Part shown: one piece after another, positions 61,203-64,000 of the stretch
Layout: each line of letters begins with the position of its first letter
Position numbering within the stretch: the stretch's first letter is position 1
NCBI RefSeq assembly: GCF_033153115.1
Contig: NW_026889764.1
Location: 12,834,001-12,898,000 of the forward strand
Origin: Saccostrea echinata
Taxonomy: Eukaryota
Reading direction: 5' to 3'
Length of the DNA stretch: 64,000 bases
Position numbers and translations under genes: made by a program
Notes under the pieces: generated by a model
Seen by the model: only the letters and a program-made list of their open reading frames with translations
Told to the model about the DNA's origin: nothing
The model's database searches: none

Positions 61203-63612
61203 TTTAAAGTTATTACTTTGTAAAAATTTTTTGAACTAGGAAATGAAGACACATGAAAAGAAAGAAAAAAAATGAAACGTTATAAAGTTTGCTAATAATA
61301 TTGAAATTAAACATTAATACATGTATTCACATATTAAAATGTATACAATATGTACATAGTAGCCTCCCGAATTATAAGAAGGATTACTATATATTAACTG
61401 AAATAAATTGTAGACGCAAATAAATGGTTTTTCAGTTTTAAAAGTTGATTTATTCAGTTTGTCCAAACTCACCTCTAAGAAATGGCTTTTTGTAATTATT
61501 TCATCCTAATACTTCACCCAAGGTAACTAAATACTAGAAACAATGACTATTTAATTGTCAAATGTTATGAAAGTATGCTTAGTTCCATATCGCAAAAAGA
61601 ATTGATCTATGGAAATATATTTAATTTTTTTATGGTACAGATGTATATTAATTCAGGATATTCATAAAAGATTGTTTGTAATTTCAATCGTTGTTCAATC
61701 TGATTCTTCTCTGAACAAAATCTGTATTAAAAGAAGATGCGTCGTGTTACAATACTGAAGACATGTCTACAACGTGAACGCCTTTAAAGAAGGTTAGACA
61801 GTTGACAAAAACAATCTATGAGTTATTTGCAGCTTTATTATGAATCAAATGCTTTCACTATTCAAAAATACAGTGAAAAAGACGATAACTTCATCGTACT
61901 CAAAGCAAATTATTTTTATGAAATAAAAGAAAACCCATATATGTGAAGACACCCAGGACAACTACTCTTGAAGCGGAAATTAATATTAAAGAGGCTGTCC
62001 TGCACGTTTCGATTTGATTTTTTTCCTCAAAAACTAAGTGGAAAAAAATCCCCTAGGCTGTCTCTCCATTCTTTATATTGAGGTGTGAAATACACTTATA
62101 ATGCAATTCAAATTCGTAGAAGACACCCAAAGATGGAGAACAGATTATTGAAAAAACGGCTCTAAAGAATCGATTTATGCATCCATCGATTCCGATGCAA
62201 AGTCTGATCAAAGTACATCTAAAGAAAATATTTACCCTTTTCACATTATATAAATATATAATAAAACATGCCAAATAGAGTCTAGAAGATAGTTATTTTT
62301 CTTAATTTTACGAAACCTTCTATTTATAGGATAGAAATATTAAGCAATCTGACAATGCTATATTGGTAAAAATTGCGCAAGAGGCATAGGGCCCTTTTAA
62401 AGTAATACTTCTTACCAGGTTTAAATGGAAAATACCTATAATTACTATAAAAGATTTACTCAGGGCATTAGTCATGATGAAATAAATGAGGAACTGCTTC
62501 TACATGTATATCATTTATAGGATATCCTCGTAAACTTATGCTCTGATTCGGGCAATAGTTTCGGGGAGAAAAACTTGTTTAACTTCATATGAGGAATATT
62601 GAAATATTTTGGATGTTTGTAAATATACTATATTATAAACCATTTCGTATACTTAGTGTACTATATGTATATATGTTTGAGAAATGTCCCTTATTTTCAA
62701 ATTCGCATCAATCCCGATAAAGTTAAAGCAAAATATAAAAAAAACAAAAACAAATAAACAATCTATAGCTATATAATTGATATAGTTACGCATATAAAGA
62801 ATTCGTTTTTAAATTCAATTAATTTTGCAACCATATTTAAACTAAGCAATCTAGTATTTTTTGCGAAATAAATAAACATTTTCACATTAATTAATTCCAT
62901 TCAGGATCAGTTTCATTTTGATCAGGAAATGTTTAAAATTCACAACTAGCACGTTTTCTAAAATTTCGCAGTTTTATTTCTGTAATTATTTAAAATATGG
63001 TTGCTTAATATTTCCTTCCAAAATGGATCATTCAGAACTTAATGAATTCTCGATCTGATATTAAAGCAACTGAAAATTCACACATAAACATATGTTCCCA
63101 GCATGTATATATTTTGCCTTTGTATAATGCTGATAAATTTGATAGGCAACAAATACAAAATTTGCGTTTTTACATTACATATTCTTGATAAAAGCAATAA
63201 AAAGTAGATAAAGAAAAGAGAACAAAGATTATATACCAGGTACTATTCTTAGTTTTCATGATCGATATTATTAAGTCTACAAAAATAAATAAATAAATAA
63301 CACAAAAATAGATGCTTGATTTTTCAAAATAAGTTTTTAAAAGAAAATTTGTATCAATGCGTTCACATACAATTTGATCAATCATTAAACAAGAATAAAT
63401 AAATAAATAAGAATTAACTTACCCAGTAATATTAACAGATTTCAGTACTTATTCAAATAATAATAGTACTAGTATAAAGACGTTTAGTATGAAAACACAA
63501 ATAGTTTTAAAATCATTTTTTTTTAAATTGGAAAGAAATAATTAAATAACTTAAAAATAGTCATGTCCAAAGGTAAACCGACAATTTTCATATTTGGAGT
63601 GAAATGACCTGG
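60637..63612. mobile_element. Large DNA transposon with aggtcatttcactc subterminal repeats, possibly a decayed MULE
   Basis: Several ggtcatttc(a/t)ctc repeats at 60643-60743, inverted copy ggagtgaaatgacctgg at ~63596-63612; truncates the MITE TIR at 60636. No intact ORF; right boundary uncertain. Confidence 0.45.
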
Positions 63613-64000
63613 TTCATTCATACTTTATTTCCCTCATTAGAGGATTATGTGAAGACAGATAGTTACATATATACAATCAAGAATAAACACATAGTAAATA
63701 TAGATACAAACAGCAAAATAACATGCAATAAACGGCTAGACAAGCAAGATGAAAGGGAAATAAGAAGATAAATAAATTAGTCAAATAAAAAATAAATAGT
63801 ATTGATATATTCACAAATTTGTAAATTAAAGGCCACTGCATATTGTGAGTGAAAGTCGATTGGCGCATTTGCTACTGGAATTGGAGGGCTTGGTTGTAGC
63901 ACGTGGCAACATTTCGTATGTATCGAAAGTTGGTCACAATAAGCTGCCGAAGATCTTTTCCAGATAGTAAATGAACAGAATTACGACCAAGAAGAAAAAG

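Overview
AT-rich, intron-containing eukaryotic DNA from a gapped draft assembly (4 N-runs). The repeat repertoire (tRNA-derived SINEs, Helentron-type HINEs, Penelope-like RT fragments, mariner/Tc1, TTAA-flanked MITEs) points to a bivalve mollusc, probably an oyster; this is inference. The ORF track is mostly noise. Reading splice sites and exon phases by hand gives a head-to-tail (+ strand) cluster of four paralogous multi-exon genes at about 3.2-15.8, 19.0-24.2, 29.3-33.4 and 40.6-48.3 kb, plus a dead 3' fragment of a fifth copy at about 58 kb. Each encodes a roughly 270-390 aa type I membrane protein: signal peptide, a compact ~90-aa 8-cysteine ectodomain I cannot assign to a named family, a variable S/T-rich stalk built from symmetric phase-1 exons, a Gly-zipper transmembrane helix, and a tyrosine-motif tail (NPxY, YEN, Y[DN]HL-x11-YDHA, YxxL-x8/9-YTEV). 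The paralogs differ in the way receptor clusters under birth-and-death evolution do: divergent ectodomains, one copy with a rewritten tail ending in a PDZ-ligand motif, one with an intramembrane Glu, one lesioned copy that alternative splice sites might rescue, and an apparent gene-conversion tract over the signalling tail. The rest of the window is nested transposon debris. All gene models were built by hand and no database search was run.
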